This document shows, in pieces, positions 12,752 to 24,771 of a stretch of 64,000 nt of DNA (positions within the stretch are counted from its first letter, which is position 1; each line of letters opens with the position of its first letter). Source of the DNA: Isurus oxyrinchus (lineage: Eukaryota); the NCBI GenBank assembly GCA_026770705.1, contig JANJGN010000009.1, positions 162,936,001-163,000,000 of the forward strand, read 5' to 3'. Made by a program: the position numbers and the translations under genes. Under the pieces are notes generated by a model that saw only the letters and a list, made by a program, of their open reading frames with translations, was not told the DNA's origin and did not search any database.

Positions 12752-13303
12752 GGCCTGGCCAAGTTGGCCATTAACAGAGATAAAAACAAAGAAAACTGCG
12801 GATGCTGGAAATCCAAAACAAAAACAGAATTACCTGGAAAAACTCAGCAGGTCTGGCAGCATCGGCGGAGAAGAAAAGAGTTGACGTTTCGAGTCCTCAT
12901 GAGGGTCATGAGGACTCGAAACGTCAACTCTTTTCAACTCCGCCGATGCTGCCAGACCTGCTGAGTTTTTCCAGGTAATTCTGTTTTTGTTTTGGCCATT
13001 AACAGGTCCAGGCAGCGGGCGATCGGGGGAGTCCCGCCCGATTGCTTGTCCCTCTTCTGTGGCTACGTTCGCGGCCAGATGTCCCTGGAGAGGGAGCACG
13101 CGGTGTCTGCTGGCACTCTTTCCGTGCCCGGTGGGCACCACGGGGACTGGGGTGTTTTGTTGACCCCTTTAATCACATTTTGATTTAAAGTTTGTAAGGT
13201 TCCTTTAAATTTTGTTCTTTGGTTTTACAGCTGACCTGAATTAGGGGCTGTGCTTGATTTGACCTCATTTTGTTGATTTGGTTTAATTGGTTACACCTAA
13301 AAG
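12752..13303 (+). mobile_element. Tx1/L1-like LINE 3' end, inserted in a SINE and interrupted by a PLE palindrome
   Basis: LAKLAINRSRQRA..CLSLFCGYVRGQMSLEREHAVS resembles a Tx1-clade ORF2 C-terminus. T-rich 3' UTR; host SINE sequence att(a/g)ctgtggg is repeated on both sides. Confidence 0.6.
12778..12991. mobile_element. Palindromic PLE 3'-end insertion inside a Tx1/L1 fragment
   Basis: Inverted arms centred at about 12903. 14-bp TSD ttggccattaacag (12764-12777 / 12992-13005). Confidence 0.88.
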
Positions 13304-14062
13304 ATTATTGCTGTGGGTCTGGAGTCACGTGTAGGTCAGATCGGGTAAGGACGCCAGATTTCCTTCCCTAAAGGACATTGGGTGAACCAGATGTGATTTT
13401 TACAGCAATCCATGATAGTTTCATGGTCACAGTCACTGAGGCTAGTTTTCAATTCCAGATGAATTAATTGAATTTTAAATTTCGTCAGTTGCTGTGTCAC
13501 CAGGGCAGTAGCCTGGGCTTCTGAGCCCAGTGACATTATCACTCCACCACCGCCTCTCCCATTAGATCATTAATAAATGATTTGAATTATTTAAATTATG
13601 CATCAAGAAGCATGTCCCAATTGATGAATAGCAAGCTAAGTCATATCCATTCTCCAATCTATTGCTGGTCTAGTTTTCAAATGACATCAGGGCCTCGTGT
13701 AGTTAGGAGCAAGTAATTGATGATAAAACATGGTCGATAACATTGACTTTAACCTGACAGACGTTTTGCTTGAAATCTAGCCCAGATACTTGGGATGAAA
13801 GTTATTTATTTTGGCAGTAAAGATTTCAGACCTATATTTAGTTTGAATCATCTCCCTGCAGCCCCATCTGCACCAAGGTGTAATGACAGACAACAGCCAG
13901 GGCAGAGGAGTGATCCCGACTTGGCACTATGTCATTGCAGACACGAGAGGGAAGATTTCTTATTTTTCCTATTTCTAATAATTGTGTAAGTGTTGTAAAG
14001 TGTAATGAGTTTCTGATTTCACTAAAACAAATTACCATGAGGAAGTGTCTGAGTGTATATAC

Positions 14063-14202
14063 TGTGCTGTATCCACTGTGGGGAATACGTTGTGCTGTAT
14101 CCACTGTGGGGAATACGTTGTGCTGTATCCACTGTGGGGAATACGTTGTGCTGTATCCACTGTGGGGAATATGTTGTGCTGTATCCACTGTGGGGAATAT
14201 AC
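14063..14202. repeat. 28-bp minisatellite, 5 copies (tgtgctgtatccactgtggggaatacgt)
   Basis: Units start at 14063, 14091, 14119, 14147 and 14175. Confidence 0.95.
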
Positions 14203-17200
14203 TTCCCCAGTGCTGTTAGGTAGTGAATTCCAGGAATTTTACTCAACTATTGCTAAGGACTGGTGATGTATGTCAAAGTTGGGTTGGTGTATGACTTGAA
14301 GCTGATGTTGTTGCCATGCACCTGCTGCTTTTGTCCATTTTGGTGATGAATGTTGCAGGTTTGGGAAGTGCTGCTGAGTTTCATCCTTTAGACATTGTAG
14401 CCAGAGTACCCAATTGGAAGAGGATATTTAAATCATTCTGCTCTCTTTTTGAGCAGAGGAAATCTCAAGCCATGTGGGAAGTTGCAAATACAATCCCTTC
14501 ATTCAATGAATATGGCATAATGCCATATGAAATGCCAACTGTGCCATCTTTCTGAATACCAGCTGTCAATACTCTGCCCAATAGAAGGTAATGTTTTTTA
14601 AGTCTGTTTTGCATCCCCATTGCCTATTTGAATTAAAAAGTTAATCATTTACTATGAATCTAATCTGCTTATTTTCCTTGTGAAGGCAGATTCTGCCAGG
14701 ATTGATGGGCACTATTGCTACCCCATCTTAACTAATCCCTGCCAAGACTATACGATCTTTTTGTGAACTTAGACCTCCAAGGCAGTGACTTGCCCTTATT
14801 AACTTCATCAACTTCTGATCCTCAAGGGAAAGCTCATTTGACAGACTAACTTCTCTCAGTCACTGATCCAAGTGACTCCCCCCACCCCCCCCCCCCCCCC
14901 CCCCCCCCCCACACACCCCCACCACCCACCACTGCCGGCCCCCAAGCTGCACACATTGAAACATAGAGATTTCTGTGTCAGCTATGTATGCAGTGCATCT
15001 AGAACATCCTTATCAGGGCTAATACAATTTGGAGCCTCATTCTCTTGGATCTTACTGTTGGCAAGATCAGACATTGTCAAATTTTGTACCTTAAAAATGG
15101 AAACAGTTCTGAAATTACTTTCTAGTATTTGCACATCACAGCTCAATGTACTTATAAATGTACTGGGGGCAGCCTGGTGTTGCAACTTGTACAAACTGTA
15201 CTAAGCAATCTTTGCCTGAATGTTTTTACTGACCTAAGATCCATGTTATTTGTCGTGCTCAGGATCAAGAAGCATTTGATCCTTTTTTGCTCTGAAGACA
15301 TGTTTTCTTATTATTAACCCAATAGTGCCCTAAAAAAAAAATTACTACTTATGCTTCTGGTTTATTTAAAGGGTGGAAGGGAATAACAAAACACCTTGAA
15401 ATTTTATTACCCGTGCAGGAGCTGTCCTATTCTGAAAATAAATAACAGGGAAGGGAGATTACAGGAGTAATACATAATGTGGGTTTGTGCTAAACGGGCC
15501 AACATCTCTCTCAAAAATAATGGACAAAGGAATCGGACTTGAATACACTTAGGGTTAGGTAACATTTGAACAAAATGCTTTCAGAGGTAATAAGTCTCCT
15601 CTCTCACATATTTTCCAACTCCATCTGACTCCGATTCTATATAATGTCATCTGAAAGGCGCTAATTAATGCCGCTCGTTCCAACAAAAAGATCACTCCTC
15701 ATTTCACCTTAAATTGTAAAGAAATAAAATTACCTTTAAAACAAAAGCTCTCTCTCAAAATGAAGTATGTTTGAGGAACATTATACCAACTTGCAGCTGA
15801 GACCACTCTTTGGGGATATGTGGCAACTGACAGGTGTGGCCTGACTCTTTTGAGCAACAACATTGGAGCACCAATGAAGCCAGTGGCATTTTCAATGGAA
15901 TCGTCAGCAGAACCCAGGAGGAACAGCCGGGAAACAGCAGCTGATGCCCCCACCTCCCTAAAAGCACAGATTGCAGCTCTGGAGGTGGTAAGGTACAGAG
16001 CGCAACAAAGCATCATTTGTTGCTTCCAGTGTGTTCCTGTGGTTTTTAGGATTTGCCAGCGGCCACTCCACCAGTGAGGCCGTTGATTGTTGGGGACACA
16101 GATCCGAGGGATTGTGCAATATCTACAGTCCTTCATGCAGGCTCTTCTGAAGTTATGGTGGCCAAACAAGAGAAACACCCACAGAAACTCACTCCTGTGG
16201 TGCGGAATGGAGTGGAGTCCAGTGGAGTGAAGTAAAATGGATAAAAGAGGGGGGAAAAAAGCCTGAATTTATATAACAGCTCCTTTTACAACTTCCCAAA
16301 CTATTTTTCACCCAATTGAATACTTTAACTGTCGCCACTGATATAATAGAAGAAACGCAGCAGCTAAATTGAAATCAGCAAGGTCTCACAAACAGCAATG
16401 TATTAATGATCAAATACATGTTATAGTGATGTTAGACTGTAGGATAATGTGTAATGGAGAAGAGCGTAACAGAATGGACCAAATTGAATGGAAAAATGTG
16501 AAGTGTAGGTGAGCAGAATAGAACTGAAATGATGCAATAGGTGGGTGTAGGGAGTCTGCTCCTGACAGAAAGGGACTAATTAGCAATCAGTCTACATTGT
16601 GATCCGTCTTTGGACAAGACAGCTGATAAAACGGTCACAATTTCTTCATAACCCCATGAACAATTACTGTACCCACAGTGAGCTCATGTATTTGGTAAGA
16701 TGAGTGAAGTGGTCTGGGCTTGCTGAGTGTTTTGCAGTAGGTTTTTGCTGCCATCAGCCATCTCTAAACTGCTGGTTAGACTTGAAACCACAGCAACTTG
16801 TAACACTTTTATTAGGGGGCATAGATCATCTGCTCATGTCGGCACAACCAGACAGCTGAGATACACAATAGAGAACAGAGCAAATATACTGCTCACTTCA
16901 TAGGACAAAGCAATCGAGTGAAAATGAAATATCCTCCTGTGCCCCTCAAGGGAGCGAAGCCAAGGCAACAGAAATCAGAGTCATTGTTGTGTTTTGCTAC
17001 GCAAATATTGCTTATTCACATCTTTGTCCATATGTGTGACATTTTGTAAGTGAAAGAATTCTCACATTGAGAAAGGAATATTGTTACTCCATCCTGTCCT
17101 GTACACACAAATGAAAGTAGTTCTCTGAAGCACCAAATTTCTTAATGCAGAATATAGTCTACAGTTGGAACAAGTTGCCAGAAGAAGGGTTAAGAGCAGG

Positions 17201-18993
17201 ATACAGGACTCGTTTAAAAAGCAGCTAGATACTATAGTAGGAAACTTTGTATTTGAAAGGATGTGTCCAAAGGAGCAAAGAGCCTTCTTTGTCTGAACCT
17301 ATCTTAATGTGTTGTAAACTGAACACAAGTTGCCTGATGTGCGCACCTTGGTACAGTTCAGTTCATAATGATTAAGATGGTAATGGTAATGTGTGAAGAA
17401 TTTGCAACTTTCCTGGGACTGTTCATGTGCATAATTCTTCACAGCCCTGAGTGCAGATCTGGACCTGTTCAGGGAACAGAAAATTGCGGTGGATGCAATT
17501 TTCTTTTTTTTAAAAGGGCATGGATAATAAAAGAAAGTTGCAAAGTAAGAGGGGATAAGAGGCCTCGCAAACCATTGGGGTAGCCTTTCCTGATGCTGAA
17601 AGAGGAGAGAGCGGAAAAAGACTGGCAAAAATGCAGGGGAAAGAAACATTATATGCGGGTGGGGTCTGAAAGCAAGTGATGGTCAGCATCTGATTCCTGT
17701 TTGGGGGCTGCTCAAGTGGAAATGGTACTACATGAGGTGACAGCAAAGAGCGTTGTCCCAAAGATCAGCATTGCAGTTTGTCTGGGAAGAGGTAGAAGCA
17801 GGTCAGAGGATATGGCCATCATGGGCTATCCTAGGCTTAGCTGCAGATTTCATTGCAATATATGGTCGATCTTGGATTGTGCCAACTCAGTGTCTGTAAA
17901 GACCAATCCACCCCCACCCCTCCCGACACTATTCTCCCCACCCACTCCCAACTCCGGCTGGTGCTAGCTAGGTGAGACAACGTCTGCTGCCATGATTGAT
18001 GGGTGTTGCCCAATGAGCCAAGCTGGCACATGTTCTGAGATAGACCATCATTGAAAGTGTGGTTGGAGCGCTTCCAAAGAAGTGTCAGGATGACATTTGA
18101 CACATCACATTGATGTTATGAGGTGTTAAGTTACAAACTACGGGTTGGAGTCTCTGCACGTATTAATCTTGGATGGAATGTGCGCCAACTGCTCATAGAT
18201 ACAGTTGTGTTCTGCCAAATAGGCACAGAATATCTCCGATCTAGCCTGGCCTCCCTGACCTCTTTTTTCCCAGTTCACTCTTCTCCTCTAAAGAGCTCAC
18301 ACACACACACATGAGGATTCCTTCTGGGAAATTCACCGGTGCTGCCAATGGGAACTGCAGTTCAAAGAAATCAAAGCAATCACACAATGTTTCATGGAAT
18401 CTAGATGGGAATAGCGTATAAAGAAATAATGGTCCAGAAATGGTCTTTCATACAGTTGGCTGATTGCTCTCACTGTGAAGAGTTCAAATCTAACCATAAC
18501 AAAACATGGAGTTGAATTCATTCCATTTGATCATTTGTGAGTTACAGTGAGAAAAAAACTAGGTTGGTGAGAAAAACCCAACTGGTTCACCAGTGTCCTA
18601 CGAGGAGGGGAGCTTACTTGATCTGAACCTACACATCATACCAATCTCACTGTGTGATAACTCCAAAATCCCCTCTACATAATCATTCCGTTGTTGAAAA
18701 AAATTGCCACGAATGCAGGAGTTCAAGAAGACGGCTCACCACCACCACCCCAGGACAGCTAGGAATGGCCGGTAAATGTGGCCTTGTCCATATTGCCCAT
18801 AGCCCAAGAAAATGTAAATAAAATTGCCACAACCGATTTTGGCAAGTGAGTTCAGTGTAGCCAGCTTCAAAGTTGGCAGAGATGACATGATGTTTGGATT
18901 CAATGTGAAGTAACACCTCTCCCCACTCCTCCACCCACCCGCCAGTATTGACCTGCCAATACTAACAAGTGCCTTAACTTGTTTTTAATCAAG

Positions 18994-19190
18994 ATCACAA
19001 GAAGGTCAAGGCAAGAAGGCCCCAGCTTTACTGAACAGCTCTCAGCACTTCCAGAAATATTGCCGCTCTAGTCAGAGTGACTGGAATCCCTCCTGCCAAC
19101 AAACACGGAGCCCACCAACCGGCAAAGCTGATTCTGTCTCTGAAAGCAGGGAATGCAGCTGGCACAATGGAAACCCTTCCTGTAATGAAG
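18994..19190 (+). CDS. EFCC1: EFCC1-like exon 2 (RSQEGQGKKAPALL...NGNPSCNE)
   Basis: Acceptor ttgtttttaatcaag|, donor AAG|gtaatt. The 197-nt open frame converts phase 2 to phase 1, exactly as the flanking exons require. Confidence 0.8.
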
Positions 19191-19494
19191 GTAATTTCAA
19201 TTTTGGGGGCGGGAAAGAAACCTGCATCAGGTAAAATTGTTGAAAAGATATCTATGGAAACTCCCACCACCAGAATCTTCTGCTCTAATAGACACCGGGT
19301 GCATAAAATCTTTGATGACATTTCTATACAAGCAGCTGATGCAGCAAGACATGGTCGCTGCTGTCACTGATCGCTGCTTCAAATAATTTTTCCGTGGACC
19401 GTAACAGCATTAAATCCAGTACTTTCTGAAACTTTTACTATGATCAAGTCTGTTAGCCTTCAGCGAGCGCCTGCCCTAACCTGTTTTTCCACAG

Positions 19495-19618
19495 ATGAGG
19501 GGCGTTTGCTCAGAGCAGTCGAGGGGCGAGCTGCTTCTGATGAGGAGGAAGAGAGATGTACGCAGGACCGACAATGTCAGATGATGGAACTGAACAAGGA
19601 TAGTGGCAGTGGGGAAGG
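19495..19618 (+). CDS. EFCC1: EFCC1-like exon 3 (DEGRLLRAVEGRAASDEEEE...)
   Basis: Acceptor ctgtttttccacag|, donor GG|gtgagt. Contains the EFCC1-type motif R.VEG.AASDEEE. Phase 1 to 2. Confidence 0.88.
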
Positions 19619-20296
19619 GTGAGTAAGGTTCTGACAGATCTATCAAGGGGCAACTCTCTGACCTTAACAGTCATCCTCCTCTGTGTTCCTTGCAATCCAT
19701 GATTTTCCACCCATGGAGACAGTCAGAGCCCACATATCTTGCGTTCCTGCATTCAGTTGCACCAACATTAACCTTGTGTAGTTCACATTGGGCAGTAAGG
19801 CTCTACCTGACTATGGGTAAAGGGGAATGCCACTCCCTTGTCCTGAATTTCATGTTACCGCACTGGTGTTTCTTTTGGTGGGGTGGGGGTGAAATTGACG
19901 GAACGGGATTCCTCTGATCGACGCCTGCACCGACCTCGCAGCAATTTCATGCTGGGACAGGCTGCCCATCCTTGCTCCAGTTAAGGTCCTTAAGCCAGTT
20001 ATGGGCCACCTAAGGGCTGTTTCCCACCCAGCCTCAATTTTTAGGCTGGCAGGAGGAGTTACCCTAGCATGGGGGAAGCCTGAACATGAACAGGCTTAGG
20101 CCTTGGCAGTAAGGTGGGTGGTGGTGGTGGGGGGGCCTCCAATAGAAATCAGAAGCCCCCTTCTGATTTTGTGTGTCCCTACTCTTAAGGTCCAGTCGCT
20201 GCTGGACCTCCCTCCCGAGCTTCTCCCCTGATACTCCAGTTGCCACTTTCCAAACCCCCACCAGGCCTTCGCTATCCCGGTCAGAGGTTAGGAATC

Positions 20297-20880
20297 CTGC
20301 AGTGAGTAACTCATCTCCTGACTCCCCAAAGCCTGTCCACCAACCTACAAGGCACAGGTCAGGAGTGTGATGGAATACTCTCCACTTGCCTGGATGAGTG
20401 CCGCTCCCACAGCACTCAAGAAGCTTGACACCATCCAGGACAAATCAGCCCACTTGATTGGCACCACATCCACAAATATTCACTCCCTCCACCACCAACG
20501 CACAGTGGCACCAGTATGTCCAATCTACAAGACGCACTCCAGGAATTTACCAAGGCTCCTTAGACAGGATCTTCCAAACTCTCGACCACCACCATCTAGA
20601 AGGACAAGGGCAGCAGACACATGGGAGCACCACCAACTGGAAGTTCCCCTCCAAGCCGCACACCACCCTGACTTGGAAATATATCACTGTTCCTTCACTA
20701 TTGCTGGGTCAAAATCTTAGAACACTCTTCCTAACAGCACTGTGGGTGTACCTACACCACATGGACTGCAGCAGTTCAAGAAGGCAGCTCACCACCACTT
20801 TCCCAAGGGCAATTAGGGATGGGCAATAAATATTGGCCCGGACAGCGATGTCCACATCCTGTGAACAAATAAAAGAAAAA
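20297..20880 (+). mobile_element. LINE family A 3' fragment inserted in a MITE-like repeat
   Basis: Homologous to 9630-10215. Confidence 0.85.
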
Positions 20881-21337
20881 ACCCAATACTTACTTTGCTG
20901 CCCGGCTCCTGGACTTAGGCTCTGTCATGTTGAAGCACTCCCTCTTCTGTCCACTGCAGCTCCTGAACCTGCAGGAACTAGAGAGCTGCTGGCTGACAGC
21001 TTCCTAAGGCAGCACTTCCTCCTGAGGGAGGCGCGGAAATCCCACCTGCAGCAGATGACGCTCATTTGAGTGTTACTCGGAGTCAGTGGGGGTGCGTCCC
21101 CTGCTGACTCTTTGGAAGGCGGGATGGAAACCCTACCATCCGAAATGACCCAGCCTTTCTCTGGAAATTCTCATCCCGCTTTTCCTGGTGTCGGCCCACG
21201 TTTCAGGTAATATTTTTAAACCAGAGTAGTCTTCCTGAGTACAATGTGGCAACAGAAGACACCCTGCATGCCCCCAGTGCATATCGGGCTGAACAGAATT
21301 TTGTTAGGCTGGAGTAATGGCCTCTGTGCATAAAGAA

Positions 21338-22832
21338 CATTACTCTGCAGTATCAATGCTGAGTGAAATCACTGTACGTTACTCTGCAGCAGCAATGCTG
21401 AGTGAAATTACTGTACATTACTCTGCAGCATCAATGCTGAGTGAAATCACTGTACATTACTCTGCAGTATCAATGCTGAGTGAAATCACTGTACCTTACT
21501 CTGCAGCAGCAATGCTGAGTGAAATCACTGTACCTTACTCTGCAGCAGCAATGCTGAGTGAAATCACTGTACATTACTCTGCAGCAGCAATGCTGAGTGA
21601 AATCACTGTACCTTACTCTGCAGCAGCAATGCTGAGTGAAATCACTGTACCTTACTCTGCAGCAGCAATGCTGAGTGAAATCACTGTACCTTACTCTGCA
21701 GCAGCAATGCTGAGTGAAATCACTGTACATTACTCTGCAGCAGCAATGCTGAGTGAAATCACTGTACATTACTCTGCAGCAGCAATGCTGAGTGAAATCA
21801 CTGTACCTTACTCTGCAGCAGCAATGCTGAGTGAAATCACTGTACCTTACTCTGCAGCAGCAATGCTGAGTGAAATCACTGTACATTACTCTGCAGCAGC
21901 AATGCTGAGTGAAATCACTGTACATTACTCTGCAGCAGCAATGCTGAGTGAAATCACTGTACATTACTCTGCAGCAGCAATGCTGAGTGAAATCACTGTA
22001 CATTACTCTGCAGCAGCAATGCTGAGTGAAATCACTGTACATTACTCTGCAGCAGCAATGCTGAGTGAAATCACTGTACATTACTCTGCAGCAGCAATGC
22101 TGAGTGAAATCACTGTACATTACTCTGCAGCAGCAATGCTGAGTGAAATCACTGTACATTACTCTGCAGCAGCAATGCTGAGTGAAATCACTGTACATTA
22201 CTCTGCAGCAGCAATGCTGAGTGAAATCACTGTACATTACTCTGCAGCAGCAATGCTGAGTGAAATCACTGTACATTACTCTGCAGCAGCAATGCTGAGT
22301 GAAATCACTGTACATTACTCTGCAGCAGCAATGCTGAGTGAAATCACTGTACATTACTCTGCAGCAGCAATGCTGAGTGAAATCACTGTACATTACTCTG
22401 CAGCAGCAATGCTGAGTGAAATCACTGTACATTACTCTGCAGCAGCAATGCTGAGTGAAATCACTGTACATTACTCTGCAGCAGCAATGCTGAGTGAAAT
22501 CACTGTACATTACTCTGCAGCAGCAATGCTGAGTGAAATCACTGTACATTACTCTGCAGCAGCAATGCTGAGTGAAATCACTGTACATTACTCTGCAGCA
22601 GCAATGCTGAGTGAAATCACTGTACATTACTCTGCAGCAGCAATGCTGAGTGAAATCACTGTACATTACTCTGCAGCAGCAATGCTGAGTGAAATCACTG
22701 TACATTACTCTGCAGCAGCAATGCTGAGTGAAATCACTGTACATTACTCTGCAGCAGCAATGCTGAGTGAAATCACTGTACATTACTCTGCAGCAGCAAT
22801 GCTGAGTGAAATCACTGTACATTACTCTGCAG
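21338..22832. repeat. 39-bp minisatellite, about 38 copies (tactctgcagcagcaatgctgagtgaaatcactgtacat), in EFCC1-like intron 3
   Basis: Perfect 39-nt periodicity with no spacers. Confidence 0.98.
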
Positions 22833-23884
22833 TTGCAGGGGAAAGTGCAAAGTCAAAGCTTTTCTGTAAAGTCCTGCTGGCCAGCAGCTCTCCAGTCCCT
22901 GCAGGAACAGGAGCTGCAGTGGACAGAAGAGGGAGTGCTTCAACATGACAGAGCCTAAGACCCGGGCCGGACGGCAAAGTAAGTTTTGGGTTTTTTTTTA
23001 AATTTCATTTGTGGGATGTGGGCGTCGCTGGCTAAGTCAGCATTTATTGCCCATCCCTAATTGACCTTGAGAAGGTGGTGAGCTGCTTCCTTGACACCAC
23101 TGCCGTCCACACAGGTTTCAGAGGCAGCCCGCTTTACTTTAAAATGCTAGTTTGCGGTTTCTGCTGTTAAGTTACGACATCACTTCATAAACAGTCTATC
23201 ACGTTACACCAAGCTCCTCGGGCATTTTCTTCTTCTCCCACCCTGACACCACAATTGCAATAAATGTCAAGAATCATTCTCGCCACAGAAGATAAATAGC
23301 TCTTACTTAGCAGAAAATTATAAATTGCACACTTGATGGAAGCCAAATTGCCTTATTCATCACTGTCCGTGTTTAACAATCCTAACCAATAGCTGTCAGC
23401 AGTTCAGAAGCAGCTTAAAGACTATTTTCCCCCCCACCTTCAATGGTCATAAAAGTTCCCCATAGCACTCTTTCAAAGAAACCTTACCATTCTTTCCAAT
23501 ATTAATGCCTCAACTAACGTCTGTAAAGCCAGATTATCTGGTAATTTATCTCATTGCTGCTTGTGGGACATTGCTGTTTGCAATTTGGCTTCTACGTATC
23601 ATACATTTCAACAGTGTCTACACTCTAAACAGCACTTTTATTGGCTCTGAAACACTTGAGACATCCTGAGGTTGTGAAAGACGTTTTGTCTTTAAAACCA
23701 TTGAGTCCATTTAACTCTTTGCATTGTTTCTAGTATTTGTTCAATATCCACGTTAATCACTCACATTATATTAACTCCCTTTACCAAGCAACAGCTGAGC
23801 GGGGATACTTACAATTTAGCAGACTTTTTGGGGGTTGGTACCTTTTATTTAGGACTTATTTTAAATTCTTGTCAGATCCTATAG

Positions 23885-24053
23885 GTTCCGTAGTAGTACA
23901 TTACGACGACTACTGTCTCACAACTGCAGCTGTGCTAACAAGGAGGGTGGTTCCATCGTCCCCCCAGTATGGATGGACAGAGAACAGGAACTCTCAGTAC
24001 TGCTAAAGAACAAGGAGAAACAAGTGACAGAGCTCCAGACTGAGACAGAGAAG
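23885..24053 (+). CDS. EFCC1: EFCC1-like exon 4 (GFRSSTLRRLLSH...KQVTELQTETEK)
   Basis: Acceptor ..gatcctatag|, donor AAG|gtagga. 169-nt open frame, phase 2 to 0, with a coiled-coil-like end. Confidence 0.8.
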
Positions 24054-24685
24054 GTAGGAATAATAATCATGAAAGTCGACCAAAGGGTGCAAATCAAAAA
24101 TTACAGCCTTGTACTACACGCTGCTGGTTAGTAAAACGTTCTCTTCTTGCCCCCTCTCCACAAGACTTCAAGTTTAGAATCACTTCCAGACTCCTGAATC
24201 ATTAGGACAGTTTTCATACTGTGGGAAACTTTCGGAAATAAACTTGGCTTTTTCCATGGCTCTAGAGAATAAGCATTTTCAATTTAGTCAACTGGAGTAA
24301 AAGCTATTTTTTTATGTAGCTCACAGGCATTTGAAAGTGATTTCATAGCTCTCAAACTGCGTGCAGATTATAGGGTATGGAGGTCACAATTAGAATGTTT
24401 TTGGGCAGAGTGTGGTGGGCTGCAGACCAAGTGTGTTGGCAGGGCAGGCTGGTGAGGAAAGAGTTACTGGTGTTCATAGTGTTGTGTCCAGTTCTGATCG
24501 TCACAAAATAAAAACATACAAATGCTGAAGGTGTAGAGAAGAGCAATGAGACTAATCCAAACTCAAAGTGAAAAGACGGTAAAGCCACAAGGCTAAGTAT
24601 TACTCTCGGGCAGCTCTTTTCACCGGCAGACAGTTGAGACATGGACTTCTGTCTGATGCCGTGGTCCTAACCCAAGCTGGGTTGA

Positions 24686-24771
24686 GGTTCTGTTGAACTC
24701 GAAACGTTAACTGTGTTCCTCTCCGCAGATGCTGTCAGACCTGCTGAGTTTTTCCCGGTATTTTTATTTTT
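24686..24771 (+). mobile_element. PLE 3'-end fragment (older subfamily)
   Basis: ctcgaaacgttaactgtg..gcagatgctgtcagacctgctgagtttttcc matches the family. Confidence 0.7.

Noticed and set aside
12778-12991. Palindromes as class II MITEs or conserved miRNA genes
   Set aside because: The arms are asymmetric, centres vary, TSDs are 14-15 bp, and the sequence is the 3' end of a GIY-YIG retroelement.
15820-16235. Exon-like open frames in EFCC1-like intron 1 (donor-like gtaagg at about 15988)
   Set aside because: Weak acceptor, phases do not connect to exon 2 or 3, and no recognisable homology. The gene model is complete without it.
21317-22948. 543-aa (+) and 450-aa (-) ORFs, or a CRISPR-like array
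   Set aside because: Head-to-tail 39-bp repeat with no spacers. The ORFs result from a stop-free unit whose length is divisible by 3, and it lies in an intron.
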